From: Candidatus Aminicenantes bacterium
Lineage (GTDB): Bacteria > Acidobacteriota > Aminicenantia > Aminicenantales > Aminicenantaceae
Direction of reading: 5' to 3'
Assembly: GCA_023133225.1 (NCBI GenBank)
Contig: JAGLWV010000116.1
Span: 1-47,017, forward strand
DNA: 47,017 nucleotides
In this document: positions 16,524 through 25,927 of the stretch, in pieces
How the letters are laid out: the number at the start of each line of letters is the position of its first letter
How positions within the stretch are numbered: the stretch's first letter is position 1
The notes under the pieces: model-generated
What the model was told of the DNA's origin: nothing
Seen by the model: the letters and a program-made list of their open reading frames with translations, nothing else
Database searches by the model: none
Made by a program: the position numbers and the translations under genes

Positions 16524-17372
16524 TTAAGAGGGTATTTTTCCAAGGGCTAATCTAGAAATCCCTGCAAGGTCTTTAAAAAAATTCACTTCTTCCCAACTGG
16601 GATTGAAAAAAGATAGGACTTTATCCTCCTGTCCGAATCCAATTTCGACAAGGAAATAACCTCCGGGTTTTAAATAAAGAAGGGCTCCCTGAACCAGCTT
16701 TTTTATAATCTCCAAACCGCTCTTTCCAGCCATTAAGGCCCCCTTTGGCTCATGATTCTTTATCTCTTCAGGGAGTTTCGCCCATTCCTCCTTTGATACA
16801 TAAGGAGGATTAGAGACAATAAAGTCACATTTTCTCTCTAAACAAAGCCTCCTCAAAGGAGAAAACAAGTTTCCCCTGGCAAAACGAATGACTGGAATTT
16901 GCTGCTTAAAAGCGTTTAATCTTGCCGTCTTTAAGGCTTTCTTTGACGTATCCGTTGCAACGATTCGTGCTTTTGGAAGCTCTCTCGCAAGGGAAATTGC
17001 TATATTTCCACATCCTGTCCCTATATCTACAATAGTTTCATCTCCTTGAGATGACAATTCTATCGTCTTCTCCACAATCAATTCTGTCTCTGGCCGCGGA
17101 ATCAAAACTCCTGGGAAAACACTGAACGGAATGGACCAGAACTCCTTTACTCCTGTTAAATATGGGAGAGGGTATCCAGCCAAACGTCTCGAAATCAATT
17201 TATAGAAATGTTTTTCTTGAACTCTCGAGAGTTTATGGTCAGGACAGGTATGGAACTGCTCCTCTGTTAAAGATACGCATTTGAGGAGCAAAAGCTTTGC
17301 CTCAAGATTCGGATGGGAAGTATTTTCTAAAAGAGATTTACCTTTAAGGAATAATTCTTGAATTTGACTCAA
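16524..17372 (-). CDS. prmC: Release factor glutamine N5-methyltransferase
   Basis: 282-aa ORF with a SAM-binding motif (VDIGTGCGNIA) and the NPPY motif (VSNPPYV). It lies immediately downstream of prfA, as in many bacteria. Confidence 0.9.
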   Translation of the reverse strand: MSQIQELFLKGKSLLENTSHPNLEAKLLLLKCVSLTEEQFHTCPDHKLSRVQEKHFYKLISRRLAGYPLPYLTGVKEFWSIPFSVFPGVLIPRPETELIVEKTIELSSQGDETIVDIGTGCGNIAISLARELPKARIVATDTSKKALKTARLNAFKQQIPVIRFARGNLFSPLRRLCLERKCDFIVSNPPYVSKEEWAKLPEEIKNHEPKGALMAGKSGLEIIKKLVQGALLYLKPGGYFLVEIGFGQEDKVLSFFNPSWEEVNFFKDLAGISRLALGKIPS

Positions 17373-17382
17373 CGTGAGCTCG

Positions 17383-18465
17383 TCAATTAGAGGCGTTTCC
17401 TCTCTTTTCCATCATCTGCGTCTGATGATGCAGGACTAGGGCGCCGATGATCCCTTCGATGCTTCCGTCAAGAATATCTTCCAGTTTATGGAGAGTCAAG
17501 TTCAGGCGGTGGTCTGTGACCCTGGATTGAGGAAAATTGTATGTTCTTATCTTTTCACTCCTTTTTCCAGTTCCCACTTGAGATTTTCTGTCCTGGGCGA
17601 TCCGCTCCTGCTGTTCTCCTTGGACTTTATCCATTAACCGCGATCGTAAAATCCTAAGGGCTTTATCCTTATTGCGGTGCTGGGATTTCTCGTCCTGACA
17701 GTTCACAACTAAACCAGACGGTTTGTGGGTGACTCGAATAGCTGAGTAATTTCTATTCACACTCTGCCCACCAGGTCCGGAAGCTCCAAAAGCTTCAATT
17801 TCAAGATCCTTGGGATTTAACTCTATGTCTACTTCATCGGCTTCCGGGAGAACAGCCACAGTGACCGTCGATGTATGGATTCGACCGCTGGCTTCAGTCC
17901 GGGGAACTCTTTGGACCCGGTGAACTCCGCTTTCATATTTTAGCTGAGAATAAATCCTTTCCCCCCGGATGTTAACAATAATCTCTTTAAAACCTCCTAT
18001 AGGAGAAGAACTCGTATTCATAATTTCAAACTTCCAGTTCTTCTTTTCTGCAAAGTGCGTATACATGCGGAATAAATCCTGTGCAAAGAGTGAAGCTTCG
18101 TCTCCACCAGCACCAGCTCTTATCTCCAGAATGACATTTTTTTCATCATTCGGGTCCTTAGGGAGAAGTAAAACCTTCATTTCTTCTTCAATTGTTTCTT
18201 CCTTTTGCCGCAGCTCCTTGAGCTCTTCCTCTGCTAGTGCCTTTAACTCAGAGTCAGATTGAGGGCTCCCAAGCATTTCCTTTAATTCTTCAATATCTTT
18301 TTTGATTTTTAGGAAATTTTCATATTTCTTAATCAGGGGTTCTAAATCTGCACGTTCTTTAGCGATTTTCTTGACTTTTTGATGATCGGAAATGAGGGCA
18401 GGGTCAGATAAAGAAAGGGTAAGTTTACGGTATTTTTCCTTTCTGCTCTCCAATTCTTGAAACAT
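17383..18465 (-). CDS. prfA: Peptide chain release factor 1
   Basis: 360-aa ORF with the GGQ motif (GPGGQSVN) and an RF1-type tripeptide region (RVQRVPRTEASGRIHTS). No frameshift site is present, which is consistent with RF1 rather than RF2. Confidence 0.95.
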   Translation of the reverse strand: MFQELESRKEKYRKLTLSLSDPALISDHQKVKKIAKERADLEPLIKKYENFLKIKKDIEELKEMLGSPQSDSELKALAEEELKELRQKEETIEEEMKVLLLPKDPNDEKNVILEIRAGAGGDEASLFAQDLFRMYTHFAEKKNWKFEIMNTSSSPIGGFKEIIVNIRGERIYSQLKYESGVHRVQRVPRTEASGRIHTSTVTVAVLPEADEVDIELNPKDLEIEAFGASGPGGQSVNRNYSAIRVTHKPSGLVVNCQDEKSQHRNKDKALRILRSRLMDKVQGEQQERIAQDRKSQVGTGKRSEKIRTYNFPQSRVTDHRLNLTLHKLEDILDGSIEGIIGALVLHHQTQMMEKRGNASN

Positions 18466-18470
18466 TTTGG

Positions 18471-18683
18471 TTATTTTTTAAACTTGACATCGCCATATTT
18501 CTTCCTGAATTTTTCCACTCTTCCCGCACTATCAACAAATTTCTGTTTGCCTGTGAAAAAAGGATGGCATTGGGAACAGATTTCTACGCGGATTTCTTTT
18601 TTTACGGAACGAGTAGTAAAAGTATTGCCACAAGCGCAAGTTATATTGCATTCGATGTATTCGGGATGGATATCTTTCTTCAT
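18471..18683 (-). CDS. rpmE: 50S ribosomal protein L31
   Basis: 70-aa ORF starting MKKDIHPEY, with CxxC...CxxCHPFFTG zinc-ribbon motifs. Confidence 0.95.
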   Translation of the reverse strand: MKKDIHPEYIECNITCACGNTFTTRSVKKEIRVEICSQCHPFFTGKQKFVDSAGRVEKFRKKYGDVKFKK

Positions 18684-18710
18684 TCTTCTCTTCTCCTAAA
18701 TCGGGGCTTG

Positions 18711-18739
18711 ATTATATCAGATAGAGGATTTTATGGCAA
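18711..18739 (-). promoter_or_regulatory. Sigma70-type promoter for rpmE-prfA-prmC
   Basis: The minus strand reads TTGCCA-N17-TATAAT with an extended -10 (TGATATAAT). It overlaps the stop codon of the upstream ORF. Confidence 0.5.
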
Positions 18740-19600
18740 TTTTTCAAGTCCTTCCTTTTCTATCCGTTTTTTATAACATATCCAATCGATATCGAATTTT
18801 AATCGTTCCTGTGTTTTTTTAACTTTATCTTTATAGGCTCTAGAACCAAAGTATTTTCTCAACGCCTTATTTATAGAGAATACCATCTCTTCTGCCTTCC
18901 ACTCATATATTCGTCCTTCCTTATCTTTCAGACAATTGAGATGAACAATCCATGCCATCTGTTTAAACGGAATATGGAAAAGAGACTTTCTTATGGCTAA
19001 AATCTCACCTTGTTTTTCTGGATTAAAAAAGTGGAACGCTCGGGAAAAAAGCAACGCATTATGGAAATACGCCGGGAAAGCAAGAAGCCCATCTTTTTTA
19101 GTCAGCCGAGCCAGGTGGATAAATATATCCAAAACCTTGTTTCCAAGGCTAAGACCAGGATGCATCTGGCCAGGGAGGGGTGATCTCTCAAGAGAAAAGT
19201 TGAGGAGGGGATTTTGAAGAGTGAGCCATTCCAAAAATAAAAACTTATACTCAGGAAGAGAATACTGAGACTCAATCTCTTTTCCCGGGCGAAAGACTCT
19301 TTCCCTGATCTTTAGATCAACAATCATGTTTTCAGGCTTCTTCCTCTGATAGAAAATTTGAAACCCTTGGATCGGGAATTCAGACGAATCGAGGTAAAAA
19401 TCCAGGGGCCACAATTTCCTTTTCTGAGCTTCCTTGAAAAAGCTCCTCTTTCTTAAGGCAGCCGAAACTTCATTCATAGTGTATCTACCTAAAAATAAAG
19501 AGGTCCCTCTAATCTCATTCGAATCTGAGAAGATTTCTATGTCCATGGGAGATGAAGAATCATGTCTGGATAGTGATTTTTTGGATTTCATTTTTTCCAT
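18731..19600 (-). CDS. Hypothetical protein (no family recognised)
   Basis: 289-aa ORF with no signal peptide or TM segment. It lies between rsmD and rpmE on the same strand. Confidence 0.55.
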   Translation of the reverse strand: MEKMKSKKSLSRHDSSSPMDIEIFSDSNEIRGTSLFLGRYTMNEVSAALRKRSFFKEAQKRKLWPLDFYLDSSEFPIQGFQIFYQRKKPENMIVDLKIRERVFRPGKEIESQYSLPEYKFLFLEWLTLQNPLLNFSLERSPLPGQMHPGLSLGNKVLDIFIHLARLTKKDGLLAFPAYFHNALLFSRAFHFFNPEKQGEILAIRKSLFHIPFKQMAWIVHLNCLKDKEGRIYEWKAEEMVFSINKALRKYFGSRAYKDKVKKTQERLKFDIDWICYKKRIEKEGLEKLP

Positions 19601-19658
19601 CTTCCCTCAGATGCTTGAAATTTTGATCCCTCTTTTACTATTTTAAGCTGGCAGTCCA

Positions 19659-20201
19659 TTATTCATAAAAAGAAATTGTATCATCGCCGATAGTCACTTT
19701 CCTTTTGAGGGCGAAATACTTTGCTTCAAATCTAGTCTTGAAATGATAGCGAAGAAGTATCTTCCCCCCTGACTCTAGAATCTCCCTTTTCTTAATGACT
19801 TTCAGAGGATTTCTTTCATCCAAAAAATCATAGGGAGGATCAAGGTAGATTAAATCAAATCTCTCTTTTTTTTGGGCCAATTGAATGACCGCCCGGTTAA
19901 ATTCTTTGTGAATAACACAAGCACTTGCTTCGGCTTCACACTTCGCCAAATTTGCCTTTATAACTTTCACAGCAGGGTAATAGTCATCGACAAAAACCAC
20001 GTGCTCTGCCCCCCGGCTCAAGGCTTCAATCCCCACTGAGCCAGTGCCTGCAAATCCGTCAAGAAAAAAACTGTCTCTTACATCATCTTGAATAATATTA
20101 AACAGAGCTTCCTTAAACTTGGCAGGTAAAGGACGGACTTTAGGACTCGACACCTTCTTGAGCCGTTTTCCCTTATAGATTCCACCAATAACCCTTATCA
20201 T
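19659..20201 (-). CDS. rsmD: 16S rRNA (guanine966-N2)-methyltransferase
   Basis: The ORF is open from 20228. MIRVIGGIYKGKRLK at 20201 is the typical RsmD N-terminus. It has a SAM motif (DGFAGTGSVGIEALSRGA) and the DPPY motif (YLDPPY). Confidence 0.85.
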   Translation of the reverse strand: MIRVIGGIYKGKRLKKVSSPKVRPLPAKFKEALFNIIQDDVRDSFFLDGFAGTGSVGIEALSRGAEHVVFVDDYYPAVKVIKANLAKCEAEASACVIHKEFNRAVIQLAQKKERFDLIYLDPPYDFLDERNPLKVIKKREILESGGKILLRYHFKTRFEAKYFALKRKVTIGDDTISFYE

Positions 20202-20258
20202 TGCTTCCTTTGTCCATTCAGCCCACAAACCCCTTTATTTCTGGTTTGTCTGGCTTTT

Positions 20259-20840
20259 TTAATAATAGAAAACCGCTTTACCGCGGTGGATTTTGATATC
20301 TTTTATTCCAAAAGGAATCTCATACCAATCTTTAATACTAGAGACTTCCCTGTTTTCAATTTTAGCTTGGATGTACAGAACGAGGTCTATGATCCTCACC
20401 TGAATACGCTGCCCTTCAAGGAATAAGTCTTTCATGTTAAACCTTGCCTGTCCATTTTTAACCTCAAGCCTTCCTCCAAAATACAGAGTCATCCGGGGTT
20501 TAAGAAATTTTGTGGCTTTATGGCCTTTTAAATCTATAAAGAACTTACCTTCGATTTTATTCCTCTTAAAAAATTTAAAGCGAAGCTCTTTCAAGGTTTC
20601 TGATTTTTCTTTTTCTATACGGTAGGCTACATAAGAATTAAATTCACTTTCGGTTATAACCATTTCTTTTAAAGTCTTTTTATCTGCTCTGGACGGCTCG
20701 CTCTCAATCCTCTCAATGGCCTTTAATACCTTTAAAGCTTCAGGAAGAGAATAATCTTGTATCTCAGAAGACAAGATTGAAAAATAAAGGAAAAGAAAGA
20801 CTAATGCAATTTTTCTTGCAAAATAAATCTTAAAATTCAC
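20259..20840 (-). CDS. Hypothetical secreted protein
   Basis: 193-aa ORF with a GTG start and a hydrophobic N-terminal signal (IALVFLFLYFSILSS). No family recognised. Confidence 0.5.
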   Translation of the reverse strand: MNFKIYFARKIALVFLFLYFSILSSEIQDYSLPEALKVLKAIERIESEPSRADKKTLKEMVITESEFNSYVAYRIEKEKSETLKELRFKFFKRNKIEGKFFIDLKGHKATKFLKPRMTLYFGGRLEVKNGQARFNMKDLFLEGQRIQVRIIDLVLYIQAKIENREVSSIKDWYEIPFGIKDIKIHRGKAVFYY

Positions 20841-21010
20841 TCCTTCTAGATGCTAACAAATTGGATAAAAAATAACTATGGTTTTCAATTTCGGCAATAC
20901 AAAAGAAATGTGAAAATTAAATGGTAATCCCTATTCACAGTCCAGGCCCAGGGCCTGGCATGCTTTCTCCGGGGAACAGGCTCTTCAAAGCTTGCTTCCC
21001 AAATATCATT

Positions 21011-21059
21011 GATAAAAAAAAGGGCAGGAACTTTTCAATAAAAAAGCTGCCTGCCCTTT
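21011..21059 (-). terminator. Rho-independent terminator
   Basis: On the minus strand, AAAGGGCAGG-N21-CCTGCCCTTT (10-bp stem with a 7-bp GC core) runs directly into T8. It lies downstream of the CDS at 21216-21785. Confidence 0.6.
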
Positions 21060-21084
21060 CTTTTCTTGCTACTCTATTAAAGTT

Positions 21085-21109
21085 AACAAAAGCCCGCAGG
21101 GAAACGGGC
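21085..21109 (-). terminator. Hairpin with a short U-tract (first of two tandem terminators)
   Basis: The minus strand reads GCCCG-tttccctg-CGGGC followed by TTTTGTT, about 105 nt downstream of the stop at 21216. Confidence 0.4.
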
Positions 21110-21215
21110 CCTTAATTTCCTTTTTGCTTTAACCATTTCAAATTTTCCATTTACCGGCCAGATAAAAATTTCAACCGCTAAATTATTTTCCCTTTTACGC
21201 CTTACGATTAACTCA

Positions 21216-21785
21216 CTACTTAAACGGCGATACTGGTTTTTCCTTTTCAACCAGCTTAACAATGCCATAGACAACCGCAGCAGAGGAGGCTACTATAACG
21301 GCAACACCGATGGGTGATGCAAAGAATTTCGCAATTTTAGAAACTTCCTTCACCATTTCTATGAATTTCACTCTCGCTCTAGCCTTTTTTGGCGCTCCTT
21401 TTAAGTAAGCTTTCAAGACAAAAGTAACCGATGCTGCTTGGTTTGCTTTAATTCCTATCAAACTCTCTACATTAAAATTTCCTTCTTTTGTAACTATACC
21501 TACGGCATACATCCCTTCTTCGAGTCCTGCGATCTTAAAGGTACCCATCTTGTCAGTATTGATGCTTTCATAAATCTTACCAGTGACAACATTTTTTATC
21601 CTAATAATGGCTCCTTCTACAGCTGTAGTCCCATCTTTGCCGTACACTTTTCCGATTAAATCCCCTTTACCCTTAGTCTTTCCAGTTTGTTCAGTTTGTC
21701 CGGTTAAAAGATATGGTGAATTAAACAGAATGAAAGAAAAAATCAATATAAGTGATACTGATTTTAACCTCACGGCTTTGAACAT
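21216..21785 (-). CDS. Carboxypeptidase-regulatory-like (CarboxypepD_reg/Ig-like) domain protein with signal peptide and C-terminal TM anchor
   Basis: 189-aa ORF. GKVYGKDGTTAVEGAIIRIKN...TDKMGTFKIAGLEEGMYAV is typical of the CarboxypepD_reg fold. The C-terminal hydrophobic helix is PIGVAVIVASSAAVVYGIV. Confidence 0.6.
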   Translation of the reverse strand: MFKAVRLKSVSLILIFSFILFNSPYLLTGQTEQTGKTKGKGDLIGKVYGKDGTTAVEGAIIRIKNVVTGKIYESINTDKMGTFKIAGLEEGMYAVGIVTKEGNFNVESLIGIKANQAASVTFVLKAYLKGAPKKARARVKFIEMVKEVSKIAKFFASPIGVAVIVASSAAVVYGIVKLVEKEKPVSPFK

Positions 21786-21867
21786 TGCTCCCTCCTCTCA
21801 AAATCTTTATCATAATACATAATTAAATCGCTTTTGTAAACCTGAATTAACAAATTTTTTTTAAAGT

Positions 21868-23622
21868 TTACTTTTCTAACCGGCAGGTTATCTTTAACAG
21901 GTTAACCGACCTGTTCACCGGCACAACAACGAGCATATTCTTCCCGATTTTGGACTTCAATGAAAGAGAGAGAATCTTATCAACATCTCCCCTGCCTTCC
22001 CTTTCCGGCTCCTCCTCAACTTCCTCCTCTTTAATCTTCAAATAATCATCCCAGACAACTCTGCCGTTAAAAAAGACAGAAATCAAAGGAGCAGCACCCT
22101 CAATTCTCTCCCTGCCATCTCCAAAATGCAAATCCAAAATAATCTTTTTTCCATCAAGGCTCAATGCATGTGAAAAGCTCCGGCCTTTATTTATTTGGGA
22201 TTTTTTTATTTCTATTTCTCCAGGGGTCAAAAGCTCCTCTATTCTCTCATTTATTATTCTAATCTTCTCCTCATCGTTCAACCGTTCATAATTAAGGCGA
22301 ATCCTCAACAGAGTCTCCAGGTTATCCGAGTCCATCTCCAGAGCCTTCTGGTAAAATTCCAGAGCATCATAGATATAATCGGCTTTTTGATAAGAATCAC
22401 CAACAAGCTGCAAAATCTTCACAAAGCTGCGCTTCTTTGCTTCTGTCACAACCACAAAACTTTCCCTGAGAAGGCGTCCTACCCTCATGATGTCCCTGTA
22501 CCGATTCTGCTTGAAGCTAAGCAGCATCTGAAAAGAAATGCGGTCCAGATCATCAAAGCTTGCTCCCAATTCCCCTTCTATCAATCCTCTCTCCTGAAGG
22601 TAGGATTCAAGTCTGCCTACTGCAGCCACCTCATCTTCCATTCCAAGATACCTGCGCAAATATCCTTCAACTTCCCCCAGCTCTCTCCTTTCCTCAAGCA
22701 AGCATTTGGCCAGGTTCAGCAGCACTGACTTTCGCAACTCGAAAAATTCTGAAGAATCTATCAGGGCCTGGTAAGCAAGGCTCTGGTAAAAACTTATTCT
22801 ATCCAGCGTATTCACACAGGATTCAAAATGCTTGATGGCTTCTTTCAATCTGAAATAGAGAAACTCATTCTCTCCAGAATGATAATCACTCTTTGCCCTC
22901 TCAAATTCCAAAAATTCAGCCCTGGCCAGCATCTCCTGCCTTACCTCAGGAGAGAGAGATTTCTCACCGAGAAACTTTGCATACAAACGGTAAACTGCTG
23001 CATCTTCAGGTAAAATCTTTACCATGACAGCGTAATCTTTAACATTCATATCCCAGATATGCATGAGAGTCTGAAGCTTCTCTCTCTCTTTTCCGCTCAC
23101 TATCTTTCTCAAGATCTCCAGAGTGAAATCTCTGTCTTTTTCTGAAAGCTCCGGCCATCTGGAAAGAAATATTTTCCCGACCTCATAAAAAACCTGGCTG
23201 TTGTGGCCCGCAAGAAGCGCTGCTTTCCTGTACTCATCAAAGGGGTTGATATCAGGGGAAGGAGAAACATAACTCATATAGAGGAGAGATTGAGCAAAAT
23301 TGAAATGGCTGAAGAAGGAGGCTGGATTAATTCTTATGGATCGAGCAAAACTTTCGATGGATTTTCGAAGATAAGCTTCACTGAGTGCTTTATCGTTAAG
23401 GCTTCCGATTCCTAAATCAAAATAAGCTTTTCCCAGTTCATAAAAGACGAGGTCATTGGAGGGAAAAATCCGATTCGCTTTCTCCAGGATTTTTATTTTC
23501 TTTTCATTATCCTCAATTTTCTCAGATCGATAATACAAATGACTATTCCAGTAAATAAAGATCTCCACCATTGCCACTACAGCCAGGACAATTATTAATA
23601 CTGTTCTTTTAAGATTACTCAA
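21868..23622 (-). CDS. TPR-repeat protein with N-terminal membrane anchor
   Basis: 584-aa ORF with a TTG start. It has an N-terminal TM helix (VLIIVLAVVAMVEIFIYW) and multiple TPR-like helical repeats (e.g. GKAYFDLG, YDALEFYQKALEMDSDN). Confidence 0.7.
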   Translation of the reverse strand: MSNLKRTVLIIVLAVVAMVEIFIYWNSHLYYRSEKIEDNEKKIKILEKANRIFPSNDLVFYELGKAYFDLGIGSLNDKALSEAYLRKSIESFARSIRINPASFFSHFNFAQSLLYMSYVSPSPDINPFDEYRKAALLAGHNSQVFYEVGKIFLSRWPELSEKDRDFTLEILRKIVSGKEREKLQTLMHIWDMNVKDYAVMVKILPEDAAVYRLYAKFLGEKSLSPEVRQEMLARAEFLEFERAKSDYHSGENEFLYFRLKEAIKHFESCVNTLDRISFYQSLAYQALIDSSEFFELRKSVLLNLAKCLLEERRELGEVEGYLRRYLGMEDEVAAVGRLESYLQERGLIEGELGASFDDLDRISFQMLLSFKQNRYRDIMRVGRLLRESFVVVTEAKKRSFVKILQLVGDSYQKADYIYDALEFYQKALEMDSDNLETLLRIRLNYERLNDEEKIRIINERIEELLTPGEIEIKKSQINKGRSFSHALSLDGKKIILDLHFGDGRERIEGAAPLISVFFNGRVVWDDYLKIKEEEVEEEPEREGRGDVDKILSLSLKSKIGKNMLVVVPVNRSVNLLKITCRLEK

Positions 23623-23632
23623 TGTACTAATC

Positions 23633-25108
23633 TTATTTTGTTTTATTATTCTCGCTTCGCTTATAAAATGCGGTCACGGCTGTCATCGATAAGACAACGG
23701 TAAACAGCACCATATTCGCCGGAATATGCAGATTGAAATCAGCGATGCTGTGAATAAGAATAACCACAATCGCAACAATACCTCCCATGGCCAGCCCTTT
23801 TACCTGGGGATGCCTTCTCACCCTCCAGATTAGAAAGGAACTAACGAGCATAAAAAGAATCCCGCCAGAAAGCAAAATCATCCCTACAATCCCAAGTTCT
23901 GATAAATACTCGAGGAAGTCGTTATGAGCATGGGAGAGATGTCCGGGCATCCTGCTCTCCTCATACGCCGGATAAACAGAGGCAAACGTCCCCAGTCCCG
24001 TCCCCAACAAAGGAAAATCTCCGACAATTGATGTCACATTACTCCAGTAAACCAGCCTTCCTTCAGGGGGGAGCTTATCCAGGGCAAATCTTTCGATAGT
24101 TGCATCTATCCCTATGTAAAGAGAAATGAAGATTATAATTAAAAAGCTAACTTTAAGAAAATTCTTTACCCCTTTTTGCTGATGCCTCACCCTGCCAAAA
24201 TAGAGGACAGTTAATCCAAAAAAGAGAATAAATGCAAAAACAAGGAGAAAAACTCCAGAGCGAGATTTAGAAAAGATAATAGCCAGTGACATGAGGATGA
24301 TGCCCCCCGTAAGAATCAAATTGATCGAGAATCCCTTTTGAGATAAGCGGAGGACTTTTCTCCTCCATTTAAGACCTGCCAGGGAAAAAAAGTCTATCCG
24401 GGCAATAATGAGCCCGATGGCTAAAGGGATGACCATCTCCAGGTAACCGGATAAGTGGTTTCGATTTACAAAAGTTCCTGATACAGTATCCAGGCCGTAT
24501 ATCTTTTTATAAAACAGAATTCGAGGATTTTTATTGTAAAGCTCGAACAATCCGTAAAAAGCCTCAAAAATTCCCATAATAACCAGAACGTAGAAAATCC
24601 TCATAATCTGCTGCCGCCTGGTTATAGTCTTCACGATGAGAAAACCTAGGAGAAAATAGGAGAGAAGCTCAAGGCCTTCCCGAAGTGTATGCGAAGGAAT
24701 CAGAGAGAGGCTCATGAATTTAATCCTGGAAAAATCAGAAGAGAAAATATTCTGAAATGAATGAATATTCGGAGAAAAGATTTTGACTATAAAATTAGGC
24801 AGAGGGATGATCTGAATAAAAATGAAGACAAAAAGGCCCACAAACAGGTACCTGGGCCACTTAAGTGAAAGAGAAAGAAGCTCGTTATTCTGCGGTTTCT
24901 CCTTCATCAGAATATAAGCAGCCATCATTACCAGCACCGCAATCTCTATCACCAGGATCGACCAATCGTACACCGATGCCGCCGGCAACGGGCTCCACAC
25001 AATCACCCCCAATATCCCATATTCAATTATTTTCCTGCATACCATATCCCTCTGTGAAAAAGCAATATTACCATTCCTTTTCCGTCTTATTTTTATCTTA
25101 TGTTTCAT
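23633..25108 (-). CDS. O-antigen ligase/polymerase-like (Wzy_C family) integral membrane protein
   Basis: 491-aa polytopic membrane protein. It has a periplasmic-loop motif (SHAHNDFLEYLSELGIVG) characteristic of the O-antigen ligase family. Confidence 0.8.
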   Translation of the reverse strand: MKHKIKIRRKRNGNIAFSQRDMVCRKIIEYGILGVIVWSPLPAASVYDWSILVIEIAVLVMMAAYILMKEKPQNNELLSLSLKWPRYLFVGLFVFIFIQIIPLPNFIVKIFSPNIHSFQNIFSSDFSRIKFMSLSLIPSHTLREGLELLSYFLLGFLIVKTITRRQQIMRIFYVLVIMGIFEAFYGLFELYNKNPRILFYKKIYGLDTVSGTFVNRNHLSGYLEMVIPLAIGLIIARIDFFSLAGLKWRRKVLRLSQKGFSINLILTGGIILMSLAIIFSKSRSGVFLLVFAFILFFGLTVLYFGRVRHQQKGVKNFLKVSFLIIIFISLYIGIDATIERFALDKLPPEGRLVYWSNVTSIVGDFPLLGTGLGTFASVYPAYEESRMPGHLSHAHNDFLEYLSELGIVGMILLSGGILFMLVSSFLIWRVRRHPQVKGLAMGGIVAIVVILIHSIADFNLHIPANMVLFTVVLSMTAVTAFYKRSENNKTK

Positions 25109-25120
25109 TAGGATAAGAAG

Positions 25121-25927
25121 TTAGTCCCTCCTCACTTTGAAAAACGGGTTTTTTATCTTAATCTTTTTTTGAATCTCACCGGGATTCACTGGCTCCGGTA
25201 AATTCGGAATTTCTTTATCCTCCAGCACAGCTCTAGGATTATCCTTCACAAGTGCTCTTGCCCTATCCTCCCCTATTACCATCCCCGCTCTCTCCACCGC
25301 CTCTGATAATCTCGGTGCCAAAGAGCGCGCATTATGCCCATCACTCCCTATAAAATGAATTAAATTCAACTCTAAAAAACTAAACACAGCCTCCTCAGCC
25401 TCCCTTCCATAAATACCGGAGAAACTTCCGCTGTTGGCCTGAGTCAGAGCTCCCATCCGGACTAACTCATAAAGAAATGAAGGATTACGGGCAAACACCG
25501 AGTTTCTCTCCGGATGGGCAATAACCGGCATTATCCCCTCACTCATTAATTCGAAAAAAAGTTCTTTAATGCCTGAGAAAACATGGTCAGAGGGAAATTC
25601 GACAAACATGTAAGAGCTTCTGTTCAGTACCAGATAGTTTCGATTTTTTCTTATCTCAACGATTAAATTATGAGAGATATGAACTTCAGCCCCACCCAGT
25701 ATCTCAACCTTGATATTTTTCGCTTCGAGCGCCCTGCTGAGTTCTCTACACTTTTCTTCGATGATGCCTAAATCTTCATACACAAAATTATTACGGAAAA
25801 AATGAAGAGTGGCCACAATCTTCTCTATACCATCCCTCTCTGCAATCCCAGCCATCTCCACCGCCTCTTCCAGATTCTGAGCCCCATCATCAAGACCGGG
25901 CAGGATGTGACAGTGCAAGTCTATCAT
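25121..25927 (-). CDS. CpsB/CapC-type (PHP family) protein-tyrosine phosphatase
   Basis: 268-aa ORF with the N-terminal motif MIDLHCHILPGLDDGA and the later motifs HPER and GSDGH. It overlaps the stop of the upstream kinase gene by 4 nt. Confidence 0.85.
   Translation of the reverse strand: MIDLHCHILPGLDDGAQNLEEAVEMAGIAERDGIEKIVATLHFFRNNFVYEDLGIIEEKCRELSRALEAKNIKVEILGGAEVHISHNLIVEIRKNRNYLVLNRSSYMFVEFPSDHVFSGIKELFFELMSEGIMPVIAHPERNSVFARNPSFLYELVRMGALTQANSGSFSGIYGREAEEAVFSFLELNLIHFIGSDGHNARSLAPRLSEAVERAGMVIGEDRARALVKDNPRAVLEDKEIPNLPEPVNPGEIQKKIKIKNPFFKVRRD

Noticed and set aside
20921-21115. 64-aa plus-strand ORF in the 375-nt gap between two minus-strand genes
   Set aside because: It spans the two minus-strand terminator hairpins and a CCAGGCCC-a-GGGCCTGG palindrome. 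It is Pro/Gly/Lys-biased and has no RBS.
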